Below, in pieces: positions 10,100 through 19,080 of a stretch of DNA of 36,265 nucleotides. Under the pieces are notes generated by a model, which had not been told where the DNA came from, made no database searches, and saw nothing but the letters and a program-made list of their open reading frames with translations. The position numbers were made by a program, and so were the translations under genes. Position 1 is the stretch's first letter, and every line of letters begins with the position of its first letter. The stretch lies in the NCBI GenBank assembly GCA_048940925.1, contig JBHLOC010000046.1:1-36265 (forward strand), read 5' to 3'. Source of the stretch: Promethearchaeota archaeon (GTDB lineage Archaea; Asgardarchaeota; Lokiarchaeia; Sigyniarchaeales; SOKP01).

Positions 10100-11362
10100 T
10101 TAAATATCAAATGCCCATTCTCCTTTACGCATAATTGGTTCGCTAGTTCCATTTTCCAAGATACCGTCAACATCAATTTTATCAGATCCAATCATAAAGT
10201 CAACATGATCCATACTAATATTTCCACCAGCCGCAGAAAATTCTTCATCAGACATTTTTACACCATTAGATATCCAAAATTTTAAACCTCTCCCTAAAGC
10301 AATATGACATGAAGCATTTTCATCAAGGAGAATATTATAAAATAACAATCCTGATTGAGATATTGGCGAACTATGCGGAACTAATGCGACTTCTCCTAAT
10401 CTTCTCGTACCTTCATCCGTTTCAAGTATTTTATGCAACATTTCTTCACCCTTTTTAGCACTGGCATCCACAACTCGTCCTTTGGAGAATGTTAGACTAA
10501 AATCTTCAATCATACCCTCAATAGGAAGCGGCTTTGTTGCAGTAACAAACCCTTCTGTTTTATCCTTATGTGGTAATGTGAAAACTTCTTCAGTAGGTAT
10601 GTTTGCTACATAATCAATCCCGTTTTGACTCTTAAATCTAGCACTTCCCCAAATATGACCTTTAGGTAACCCAACTCTTAGATCAGTTCCTGGAGCAACA
10701 AATTTCAATGCAATATAACGTTTTTTATTTAAATAATCACATCTAGCAGCAAGTTGTTTTATATGAGCTTCCCATACTGCAATTGGATCTTCATTTTTTA
10801 CTCTACAAATCTCAAAAATTATATCCCAAAATTTTTCTTGTCGTTTTTCCGGGGAAATATCAGGAAAGACTTTTTCAGCCCAGCCTTCAACTGGTGCAGT
10901 AACCCCAACCCAATTCAATACATTTTTTGAGATTAAATCACTATAAGGCTTACTATATTTGAGATGAGTCTTCATGGCAGTTGCTATTAAATTATGATCA
11001 TAAGCATTGAGTAAATCTGGATTATATGCAAGAATACGAACTATAGCATCACTATTTTTAGCAAATTCATACTGACAATCAGTACGCCATGTCGCAAATT
11101 CCTCAAAAGAGTCCCTAGGAGCGTGCTGAAACCGTATTAATTTCAATTGTTCATCATCCCACATTACATCAACAAATCTAGCCCCAATCTGGTAAGCCTT
11201 TTTAGCAATCACTCGGATTAAGGGAGCTAATTCAATTGGTGCACCATATTGATATATATTAGGAGTTCCAATCAATAAACGTTGACCTGGTTGCAAATTA
11301 AGTCCTATTTTTAATATTATTTCTGCGTATTTTTCTAAATTTTCCTCAAATTTCGATGTCAT
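10100..11362 (-). CDS. Aminopeptidase, peptidase family M29 (AmpS/AmpT/PepS), paralog 1
   Basis: GLNLQPGQ, ANIPTEEVFT, LGEVALV, LDENASCHIALG and HVDFM metal-ligand motifs. Confidence 0.93.
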   Translation of the reverse strand: MTSKFEENLEKYAEIILKIGLNLQPGQRLLIGTPNIYQYGAPIELAPLIRVIAKKAYQIGARFVDVMWDDEQLKLIRFQHAPRDSFEEFATWRTDCQYEFAKNSDAIVRILAYNPDLLNAYDHNLIATAMKTHLKYSKPYSDLISKNVLNWVGVTAPVEGWAEKVFPDISPEKRQEKFWDIIFEICRVKNEDPIAVWEAHIKQLAARCDYLNKKRYIALKFVAPGTDLRVGLPKGHIWGSARFKSQNGIDYVANIPTEEVFTLPHKDKTEGFVTATKPLPIEGMIEDFSLTFSKGRVVDASAKKGEEMLHKILETDEGTRRLGEVALVPHSSPISQSGLLFYNILLDENASCHIALGRGLKFWISNGVKMSDEEFSAAGGNISMDHVDFMIGSDKIDVDGILENGTSEPIMRKGEWAFDI

Positions 11363-11461
11363 AGGAATCTCAATAGAATTTTCTAATATTCATCATATAT
11401 TTTATTTTGCCTTAAATCTTTTTAAAACTATCAACTAACTATAAGGTTTAAAAGATTAAAA

Positions 11462-12487
11462 ATGGGAACTCAAAACGAAATTACTGCCCATTCAGACTTA
11501 TTTAATGAAGATGGTTCTCTAGTTCAACGAGGGTGGGCTAAAAAACCAATTTTAAATTATAATAAAGAGAATATTGGGAAAGGATGGACAAGAATTAAGG
11601 AATGGGATCATTATTCAATATTAAATAAACAATTTGGATTACAACTTACAATTGGAGATATTGGATACCTTACTCAGATGAGTTATGTATGGCTCGATTT
11701 TGAAAATAAAACTAGAGAAGGAAAAGGAGAATTTAAATTTTTTACTAAATCTAAACTTTTACCTCTTAGCTCTTTGGAAGATAGTTTTATTGAATTTCCT
11801 TCTAAGAAATTTAATGCCATAATTGAAAAAAAGGGACGTAAAAGAATATTAACTATTGATGATAAAACATTTAAGGATAAAGGTTTTCAAGGTACAATTG
11901 AGCTTGATGATAAACCAGAGTGGGATAATACTGTAGTAGTAACCGGTTATAATGAAAACCCTGGACAGTTTTATTATAACCATAAAATAAATATGATGCC
12001 TGCTAAAGGGGCTATAAAAATAGCAGATAAATCATATCAATTCGATCCTGAAACTTCTTTTGGACTTATGGACTGGGGAAGAGGAATCTGGCCCTATAAA
12101 ACACACTGGTTATGGGGATCGGCATCTGGAATTGTAAATGGAGTCCCAGTTGCCTTTAATATTGGCTATGGTTTTGGAGATTTATCTACTCATACAGAGA
12201 ATATCATTTTTTATGATGGGAAAGCTCACAAAATTGATGAAGTAGAATTCCACCACGAGAATAGAGATCCTAAAAAACCTTGGACATTTACAAGTAATGA
12301 CAATCGATTCAATATGATTTTGAATCCAATTATTCCACATAAGGAAAAAATCAATATGGGATTAATTTACCTTAATTCTTCCCTACTTCATGGCCTTTAT
12401 ACTGGAGATCTCGTATTAGATAATGGAGAAAAAGTTCAGGTTAAAGACATATTAGGTCATGCTGAAGATATTTACTGGCGATGGTAA
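11462..12487 (+). CDS. DUF2804 family protein
   Basis: GWA..P, KEWD.Y, DWGRG.WP, W.W.S and FNIGYGFG..TEN motifs. Confidence 0.8.
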   Translation: MGTQNEITAHSDLFNEDGSLVQRGWAKKPILNYNKENIGKGWTRIKEWDHYSILNKQFGLQLTIGDIGYLTQMSYVWLDFENKTREGKGEFKFFTKSKLLPLSSLEDSFIEFPSKKFNAIIEKKGRKRILTIDDKTFKDKGFQGTIELDDKPEWDNTVVVTGYNENPGQFYYNHKINMMPAKGAIKIADKSYQFDPETSFGLMDWGRGIWPYKTHWLWGSASGIVNGVPVAFNIGYGFGDLSTHTENIIFYDGKAHKIDEVEFHHENRDPKKPWTFTSNDNRFNMILNPIIPHKEKINMGLIYLNSSLLHGLYTGDLVLDNGEKVQVKDILGHAEDIYWRW

Positions 12488-12620
12488 AATTACCCGCTGA
12501 AGCATGATAACCAAATATGTGAAATGTTAGATTATATCTCTCTTAAAAATTATGCTTCACTGAATAAATCCTAATTTAGAAGAGAAAATAATAAAAATCC
12601 CCTAATTTTGTATTCAATTC

Positions 12621-15203
12621 TTATATCATTCTATGTTCAGTTCTGGATATAACCTCATCTTGAATTTCTTTTCCAAGATCAGTAAAGTATGCTGAGTATC
12701 CTCCAACTTTCACAATAATATTCCTATAAGGTTCTGGGTCTTTCTGGGCTGCTTTTAGCACTTCTGTAGATACCACGGTAGGTTGAAGTTGTTGTCCTCC
12801 TAAATTAAAGTAGGTTTTGAGAAGGGCAATCCACTTTTTTCTAGCTTGTTCTGTCTTTCCTATTCCTGAGGGATGCATTCGTATATTAACTGCACAACCA
12901 CAAACATGTTGAAAATCTAAAGCTGCAACCGATCGCATAACTCCCGTTGGTCCATGTTTTTCTACATTGTAAGGATTACAGCTTGCTGCAAATGGCTTAC
13001 CTGCAAGTCTTCCATCAGGCGTAGCCATACCTATTCTCCCATCGTAGGTGTGTGAAGTCATAGAAATAATGAAAGGAGCATAGATTCCACCTTTATAAGT
13101 TTTATATTTATAAGTTTCTTCAAATATATGGTTAAAAACTTCTCGAGCAAGCTCATCACATTCAGGATTCCCATTCCCCCATTTTCCTTCTAAATCCATG
13201 ATTATTTTATGAATATATGTATAAATATTCATATAATTATGATCAATTGCTTCTAATAGTTCCTTAAAGGTAAATTTTTTTTGTTCAAAGATAAGTTTTT
13301 TAATGGTATATAGTGAATCGACTGTGTTGGCAATACTATTCATTAGTAGAATGCCTTCTGCATCATAAAAAGCACCTCCCTGAGTTACATCTTTTTTTCT
13401 CTTAAAGCAACCTTGCATGAATGCTGAAATGAAAGGTGCTGGAAAATATTTAGCAAATAATCGATCTCTTATGATTGTTGCCTTGACAATTTGTTTAAGA
13501 ACAAAATCTGATTGACGATAGAATGCATCCAAGAATTCATTAAACGTTTTAAAATTATCTGGATCTCCTGTTTTCAACCCTACATTTTTTACTAAACCAC
13601 CTATTGTTAAGCAATTACCATTTCTTAAAGTCATATCTAGTGTCCTACATAATAGAAAAGCTGAAAAACTAATTCCTCCGGTTTTACCTGGACTGCACAT
13701 ATCTACACAACCTGTTATTGAATATGCATTTGCATCCTGTTCTGAGATTCCTCGATTTTTTAACGCTTCAATACATACATTATCATTTAACACTGATATG
13801 CTTGAATATCCACTATATTGAATTTCTGTAACTTTCATATAAAGTTCTTCAGGAGTTTTATCATGGAAACGGACGGCAAAATTGAGAGATGCTTTTGATC
13901 TATCCGCTGCCTCTAATATCAGATAAGAAAGCTCATTAGTTGCGTCTTCTCCGGCTTCATTCAAGCCTCCAACAGTGACAGGCTCTGAACCTTCAAATCT
14001 TTGACTAAAATCACTCACAGCATTAGAATAAGGACGTATATTATGACTCATTATATTTAATACTAATTCTTCTAATAATTCACGAGCTTCTTCTCGAGTT
14101 ATATACCCCTTTTTGATGTCTGAAAGATAATAAGGATAAAAAAGTTGGTCTAAACGACCTGGTCCATGTACATTAAATGGTATAGCCAAATCAACCATAG
14201 TTTTAATAATCCAAAAAGATTGAACTGCTTCACGAAAAGTAGTAGGTGGATACATTGGAATTCTTCTACATGCTTTATACATATCTGATAATTCATTTCT
14301 TCTTTTATTATCTTCAGTTTTATTTAATTGATCTTTTATTTGTTCTGCTAATCTATGGGCAAATATTATAATAGCTTCATAGGTAATATCAAGTGATTCT
14401 AAAAATCTTTTCTGAACATCAGTTAATTCCTTATTGTTTTTAATTTCATTCTGAACTTCTTTTCGAATTGCCAAAAGTCCTTCATCTAACACTGTTTTAA
14501 AATCAAGAACCAAATGACCTTGCCAAACTCCAATTACAGCACAAGGAGATATTACAATATCATTTTGTGCTGTTTTTAATGGAAGATGAGATAGAAAGTC
14601 ATAGGATTCCCCTGTATATACATCAGATGTTGCATATTCTCTTTCTAATAAGTCTGCTAGAGTCTTATTTTTCCAATAAGGAATGAGTTCAGTTAGGAGA
14701 ATTTTTTTATCTTCATCTTTAATTTTATATGGATTTATCTTTCTTTCTTCAAGAGTATCTGTTCCGAGAGTTGTAATCAAAGCTCCTGTCTTTTTATTAT
14801 GTTCTAACATTTTAAGAAGTCCATCAGCTCCGATTTTATTTACTATATATGACATATAGTTCTTATTACTGTTTTTTACAAATCTTTTCATTGTTTTTGC
14901 ATCAAGTTCAATTTCAAAAACTCTATTCCATAATCCACGTTCGATATCGATTGGTATTCCTATGAAATTTTCAGTCCATTTACCCGCAATTCTATCATCA
15001 GGATCAATATAAATGGTCATATTTTCAAGAACATGCTTCATTGAAATGGCAATTCTTACATTTAAATTTAAAATTTCCTTTTCAGTTTCTTTCCATTTTT
15101 CTGTGTAGTATTTTGCTCTTTCTATAGAAATCAACGGGATTTCATCAAGAAGTCTTCTACGTATTCTTTTTATCCTCTCACTAGCATTATCAACCATATC
15201 CAT
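12621..15203 (-). CDS. Glycyl radical enzyme (PFL2/dehydratase-eliminase superfamily), substrate unknown
   Basis: 860 aa. ISIERA, GRLDQ, Cys loop YSITGCVDMC (C499), KWGN, ATPDGR and Gly loop IIVKVGGYSAYF (G835). It has a single catalytic Cys, not the PFL CC pair. Confidence 0.93.
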   Translation of the reverse strand: MDMVDNASERIKRIRRRLLDEIPLISIERAKYYTEKWKETEKEILNLNVRIAISMKHVLENMTIYIDPDDRIAGKWTENFIGIPIDIERGLWNRVFEIELDAKTMKRFVKNSNKNYMSYIVNKIGADGLLKMLEHNKKTGALITTLGTDTLEERKINPYKIKDEDKKILLTELIPYWKNKTLADLLEREYATSDVYTGESYDFLSHLPLKTAQNDIVISPCAVIGVWQGHLVLDFKTVLDEGLLAIRKEVQNEIKNNKELTDVQKRFLESLDITYEAIIIFAHRLAEQIKDQLNKTEDNKRRNELSDMYKACRRIPMYPPTTFREAVQSFWIIKTMVDLAIPFNVHGPGRLDQLFYPYYLSDIKKGYITREEARELLEELVLNIMSHNIRPYSNAVSDFSQRFEGSEPVTVGGLNEAGEDATNELSYLILEAADRSKASLNFAVRFHDKTPEELYMKVTEIQYSGYSSISVLNDNVCIEALKNRGISEQDANAYSITGCVDMCSPGKTGGISFSAFLLCRTLDMTLRNGNCLTIGGLVKNVGLKTGDPDNFKTFNEFLDAFYRQSDFVLKQIVKATIIRDRLFAKYFPAPFISAFMQGCFKRKKDVTQGGAFYDAEGILLMNSIANTVDSLYTIKKLIFEQKKFTFKELLEAIDHNYMNIYTYIHKIIMDLEGKWGNGNPECDELAREVFNHIFEETYKYKTYKGGIYAPFIISMTSHTYDGRIGMATPDGRLAGKPFAASCNPYNVEKHGPTGVMRSVAALDFQHVCGCAVNIRMHPSGIGKTEQARKKWIALLKTYFNLGGQQLQPTVVSTEVLKAAQKDPEPYRNIIVKVGGYSAYFTDLGKEIQDEVISRTEHRMI

Positions 15204-15362
15204 AATATTATCATTAAAATCTATTTTTGAATATTAAATAATTAGAATCTTACAAAGTAAATATGCATATTGTATAATAACTCAAAATTAATTAAGTATT
15301 ATAAAATTGAAAAATTTATTTTTTCTCATTCTTGATTATGAGTATATAATAGCTTGATTGAT

Positions 15363-16271
15363 TTAATAATTAATTATAACTTGAAATAAATGTCTTTCAA
15401 AAATATCAACGATATTTTTTATGTCATCTTCAGTTAAATCCCCCATATCTTTATAAAGTTTGCCCATACCTACTTTCTCATATTTTGTATTTGCTAATTT
15501 GTTGTATGGCATTAAATGTATTATACCTTGGTAATTGATTTGTTGTAAAAAAGATATAATATTCATAATTGTTTTTTCATCCGTATTTACTGTTGGAATT
15601 AATGGTATGCGAGGAACTATTCTTTCATTACCAACTTTAGAATGAATTTTTGAGAAATTTGTTAAAATTATATCATTACAAACACCAGTAAAATTCTTAT
15701 GTTTCTCATCATCAGGGTGTTTGATGTCAAATAAAAATAAATCGACATTATCTGTTAAATCTTCTATTAAAGATTCATTAAAATAACCACATGTTTCTAC
15801 TGCAACATGAATTCCGTTATTTTTTAATTGTTTTAGCAATTGTATGAGAAACTTAAATTGCATTGTCGGTTCACCACCAGAAATGGTTACACCTCCACCA
15901 GAATTGTCATAAAAAGGTTTATCTCTTAGTGCAATTTCAACTAATTCTTCTATTGAGTACTCTTTTCCTATTATTTCTAAAACTTGATTTGGACATGCTT
16001 CAACACAGTTTCCACAAAGTACACAAAGATTTTCATTTCGAATTATTTCATCAACATTTAAGCTAAGAGCATTATTTGGACACGTTTTTATACATGTTTC
16101 ACATAATAAACACTTTTCTTTAAAATAAGATATTTGAGGATTTAACTTTTGAGATTCTGGATTTTGACACCATAAACATCTTAATGGACATCCTTTCAAA
16201 AATATTAATGTTCGAATTCCTGGTCCATCATATATCGCATAATTTTGAATATCAAAAATAATACCTTTCAT
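15363..16271 (-). CDS. Glycyl-radical enzyme activating enzyme (radical SAM) with 2x[4Fe-4S] ferredoxin insert
   Basis: DGPGIRT, GCPLRCLWCQNPES (CxxxCxxC), CLLCETCIKTCP / CVLCGNCVEACP, SGGEP and ETCG. Confidence 0.95.
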   Translation of the reverse strand: MKGIIFDIQNYAIYDGPGIRTLIFLKGCPLRCLWCQNPESQKLNPQISYFKEKCLLCETCIKTCPNNALSLNVDEIIRNENLCVLCGNCVEACPNQVLEIIGKEYSIEELVEIALRDKPFYDNSGGGVTISGGEPTMQFKFLIQLLKQLKNNGIHVAVETCGYFNESLIEDLTDNVDLFLFDIKHPDDEKHKNFTGVCNDIILTNFSKIHSKVGNERIVPRIPLIPTVNTDEKTIMNIISFLQQINYQGIIHLMPYNKLANTKYEKVGMGKLYKDMGDLTEDDIKNIVDIFERHLFQVIINY

Positions 16272-16279
16272 TTAGATGT

Positions 16280-16390
16280 CTATACCTTCATATGTTCTGT
16301 TCTTGAAATGTTTTCTTCTTGTATTTGTTAACCCAGATCAAAGAAATAAGCACTATATCCTCCAATTATTATATTAATATTGTGATTTAT
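16280..16390 (-). pseudogene. C-terminal remnant of a second glycyl radical enzyme
   Basis: Manual translation gives INHNINIIIGGYSAYFFDLG*QIQEENISRTEHMKV*, which aligns with the intact GRE C-terminus YRNIIVKVGGYSAYFTDLGKEIQDEVISRTEHRMI. It has an internal TAA at the Lys position and no start codon. Confidence 0.9.
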
Positions 16391-17026
16391 TCATCTTAAT
16401 TCTGAATTGATAAGTGAAAGTGCTTTTTTTATTCGTGATTTTATTTCATCAAATTTTTTTGCAATAATTAAATCTTTTTTTACAATCCAACTGCCTCCGC
16501 ATGCGAATACATTTTCTAGTTTTAGGTATTCTATTAGGTTATTGTCATTTATCCCCCCAGTAGGCATAAATTTCACCATTGGATACGGTCCTGCTAACAT
16601 TTTGATCGCTCTTGTACCTCCAGATAGAACAGCAGGGAAAAACTTAAAATGTGACAATCCACGTTCTAAACCCCATTCAATGAAAGAGGGTGAATTTAAA
16701 CCCGGACAAATTACTATATTTTTATCTATGCAGTAATCAACAACTGTAGGATTAAATCCAGGAGTTACTATAAATTTAGCGCCTACTTCCACAGCACTTT
16801 TTACTTGGTCAACTGTAAGGACGGTTCCTGCTCCTATTAACAAATTAGGAAATTCATTTTTAAGAATTTTAATAGAATCAAGAGCTGTTGCTGAACGGAA
16901 AGTAACTTCTGCAATAGGAAGCCCTCCTTCTAAAAGTGCAGTTCCTAAAGGAATTGCAAACTTAGAATTTTCTAAGACAATAACTGGTACAAGCTTGAAT
17001 TCTTCGATTTTTTTCATTACATCCAT
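16391..17026 (-). CDS. eda: 2-dehydro-3-deoxy-phosphogluconate / 4-hydroxy-2-oxoglutarate aldolase (Eda type)
   Basis: EVTFRS, IGAGTV, FIVTPG, Schiff-base Lys in KFFPA, FMPTGGI and GGSW. RBS AAGGTGA. Confidence 0.93.
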   Translation of the reverse strand: MDVMKKIEEFKLVPVIVLENSKFAIPLGTALLEGGLPIAEVTFRSATALDSIKILKNEFPNLLIGAGTVLTVDQVKSAVEVGAKFIVTPGFNPTVVDYCIDKNIVICPGLNSPSFIEWGLERGLSHFKFFPAVLSGGTRAIKMLAGPYPMVKFMPTGGINDNNLIEYLKLENVFACGGSWIVKKDLIIAKKFDEIKSRIKKALSLINSELR

Positions 17027-17046
17027 AAAATCACCTTAATAATTTC

Positions 17047-17328
17047 TTAATTTCTTTTTATTTTATAAACATAATTAATTTCTGGGATCATAATTTGAAA
17101 AGAATCGGAGTTTTTTTGCTTAAGTTTCTCTAAATCTTCATGTGTAACAGTGTTATAAGCAAACATAACAAAATGGTGAACTATTAAATTAGGAATTTCT
17201 GCAACCTTCCAAAGTTCTGGAACCTCAGTTATTAAAAAATTACCTGCAATTTTATTATTTATTATTCCACCATAAGTTTCATTTTGGGCACATATAATCC
17301 AAAGCTTATTTATAGATGTTTGTAGTAG
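17047..17328 (-). pseudogene. Start-less 93-codon open frame, probable C-terminal fragment of a deleted gene
   Basis: Translates as LLQTSINKLWIICAQNETYGGIINNKIAGNFLITEVPELWKVAEIPNLIVHHFVMFAYNTVTHEDLEKLKQKNSDSFQIMIPEINYVYKIKRN*. Composition is protein-like and the stop lies 20 nt before the eda start. Confidence 0.45.
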
Positions 17329-17434
17329 TCACAGCACCTATTCTTTCATGCTTTTCATAAATTATCATAGAATATCCTTCCCCTGCAAGAAGTGCTACAG
17401 CTGTAAACCCTGAACCAAACATTACAACTATCAT
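17306..17434 (-). pseudogene. Degenerate N-terminal fragment of an FAD/NAD(P)-dependent oxidoreductase (phytoene-dehydrogenase-like Rossmann start)
   Basis: MIVVMFGSGFTAVALLAGEGYSMIIYEKHERIGAVTTTNIYK* matches the 'vvviGsG.gGLtaAalLa..Gy.V.vyEk....GG' pattern with a damaged GxGxxG. It stops after 42 aa. Confidence 0.65.
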
Positions 17435-17495
17435 CTAATCTCAAAAATTGCTTTATCTTTCAATTTGTTAACAAAAAATAAAAAAAAAGAAAAAT

Positions 17496-18938
17496 TTATT
17501 GCTCTTCTAAACCAAGTTCTTTTAATTTTTCTTTATTTATTTTAATTAAGTCAGGTTTAATATCATACCATTTCCAGAAGATTAGGAGAGTTATAAGCAT
17601 TAAAATAGCTGGAACTATTGCAGTGTGAATACGAATACCAAAAAGTGCGAGTGAGTCTTGAGTTTCCGCACCTCCAACATATCCCGTTAAAATATGACTC
17701 AATGCAATTGTAATTGCTATAAATGTTTGACCAAACTTTATAAAGAAAGCTTGAAATCCATAATATATTCTATATTGTGTTTTTCCAGTGCGAACAGAAA
17801 TATCATCAAGCACATCGCCCATTAAAGGAGGATCAATATACCAATTCGCACCAATTCCAATTCCAAAAAAAATTAACCCAATAATCCATCCTATTACATT
17901 ACCTACAAAAATCAATGGTATAAAAGTTATAAACAGTGTAGCACAAGCAATTATAGCGATCTTTCTATTATCATTTACCTTATGAGCAATTATTGTCCAC
18001 AGAGGAACAGATATTAACGCACCTACTAACATCATTAACAATAATACTGTTATGCTTGTTTCATTCAGAAGTATGTAAGTAACCACATAAAAAGCAGATG
18101 TTTGGATCATAACACCACCAACTTGATAACCAAAAAAGTGTACCATTTTCAACATAAATCTTTTGTCTTTTATTGCTGTTAAAGTAGATTTAAAGAATGG
18201 CTCTATTTCTTCTTTAACACCTGATTCTCTCCTCTGAATATGTAAATTTCTCATACGTTTATCTTCAAATATTCCTGGTATTGTAAAAATAAATATTATT
18301 AACCCTAATCCAACACTAAAAATTGCTCCAAATATATAACCAGAAGCAATAAGAGTCTTTTCACCAATAAAAAACATTGGCGGTATTGCAGCAGCTACTA
18401 ACCCTATTATCCCTAAAATAGTACCAAAACCCTGTGTTGTTCTCCTTTCTCCTAAAGATTTGAATTTATCAGGATATATAGAAACAACATTAACATCATA
18501 AAGTGTTGCTAATGTATCATAGATACATAAACTTATCACATACCATGCAAAAATTGACCATTTATTCTGGTTGACAATAGAACTTGTTCCATACCATTGA
18601 GAGGGTACCAAGTAAATTGATAAATAAGATATTAACCATGGAATAAATGCTATCACCACCCAAGGAAAACGTTTGAATCCTTTCTTTTCCCATGGCATAT
18701 GAATTTTCTCTAAAAACCATCCGATTAATGGGTCATTTATAGCATTCCATATAGAATAAATTGTAAAAGCTAATGCAGCTAGAATCGTAGGCAATGCTAT
18801 TACATTCTCATAAAAGAAAAACACTGAAAATCCAAAAGCAGCAAATATCCATTGTCCCATAAGTTCTCTAGAACCATAAGAGGCCATAATTTTTTTGCTG
18901 TATTTATACTCTTCTTTTCTTTCTTCTGACAATTTCAA
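17496..18938 (-). CDS. MFS transporter, glycoside-pentoside-hexuronide (GPH/MelB-like) family
   Basis: IWNAINDPLIG, KRFPW, about 12 TM segments, GDVLDD..RTG. TTG start with AGGAG RBS. Confidence 0.85.
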   Translation of the reverse strand: MKLSEERKEEYKYSKKIMASYGSRELMGQWIFAAFGFSVFFFYENVIALPTILAALAFTIYSIWNAINDPLIGWFLEKIHMPWEKKGFKRFPWVVIAFIPWLISYLSIYLVPSQWYGTSSIVNQNKWSIFAWYVISLCIYDTLATLYDVNVVSIYPDKFKSLGERRTTQGFGTILGIIGLVAAAIPPMFFIGEKTLIASGYIFGAIFSVGLGLIIFIFTIPGIFEDKRMRNLHIQRRESGVKEEIEPFFKSTLTAIKDKRFMLKMVHFFGYQVGGVMIQTSAFYVVTYILLNETSITVLLLMMLVGALISVPLWTIIAHKVNDNRKIAIIACATLFITFIPLIFVGNVIGWIIGLIFFGIGIGANWYIDPPLMGDVLDDISVRTGKTQYRIYYGFQAFFIKFGQTFIAITIALSHILTGYVGGAETQDSLALFGIRIHTAIVPAILMLITLLIFWKWYDIKPDLIKINKEKLKELGLEEQ

Positions 18939-19080
18939 GCACTCCTTTTATTTAGTATCTCATTCTCAATCAATAAAAAAATTAAATAAAATCCACATTA
19001 AATATCATTTAAATTTTAAAATTTATAAGAGTTTTTCTATACGCTTAAATTCATAAAAATGTAAAATATAATAGAACCTT

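Noticed and set aside
12498-12559. Inverted repeat TGAAGCAT...ATGCTTCA with an AUGA..GA pattern, SECIS-like
   Set aside because: There is no convincing upper helix and neither flanking gene has an in-frame TGA. It is at most a hairpin between convergent genes.
12621-15203. Calling the GRE pyruvate formate-lyase (pflB), CutC or BssA
   Set aside because: It lacks the PFL CC pair, the CutC GCVEP and the BssA Cys-loop sequence. No small subunit or microcompartment genes are nearby.
16280-17026. The eda TGA stop is in frame with the GRE stump, suggesting Sec/readthrough to an Eda-glycyl-radical fusion or a GrcA-like spare part
   Set aside because: The stump has an internal TAA, no start codon, a degraded Gly-loop approach (IIIGGY) and is far shorter than GrcA. 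The frame match has a 1-in-3 chance.
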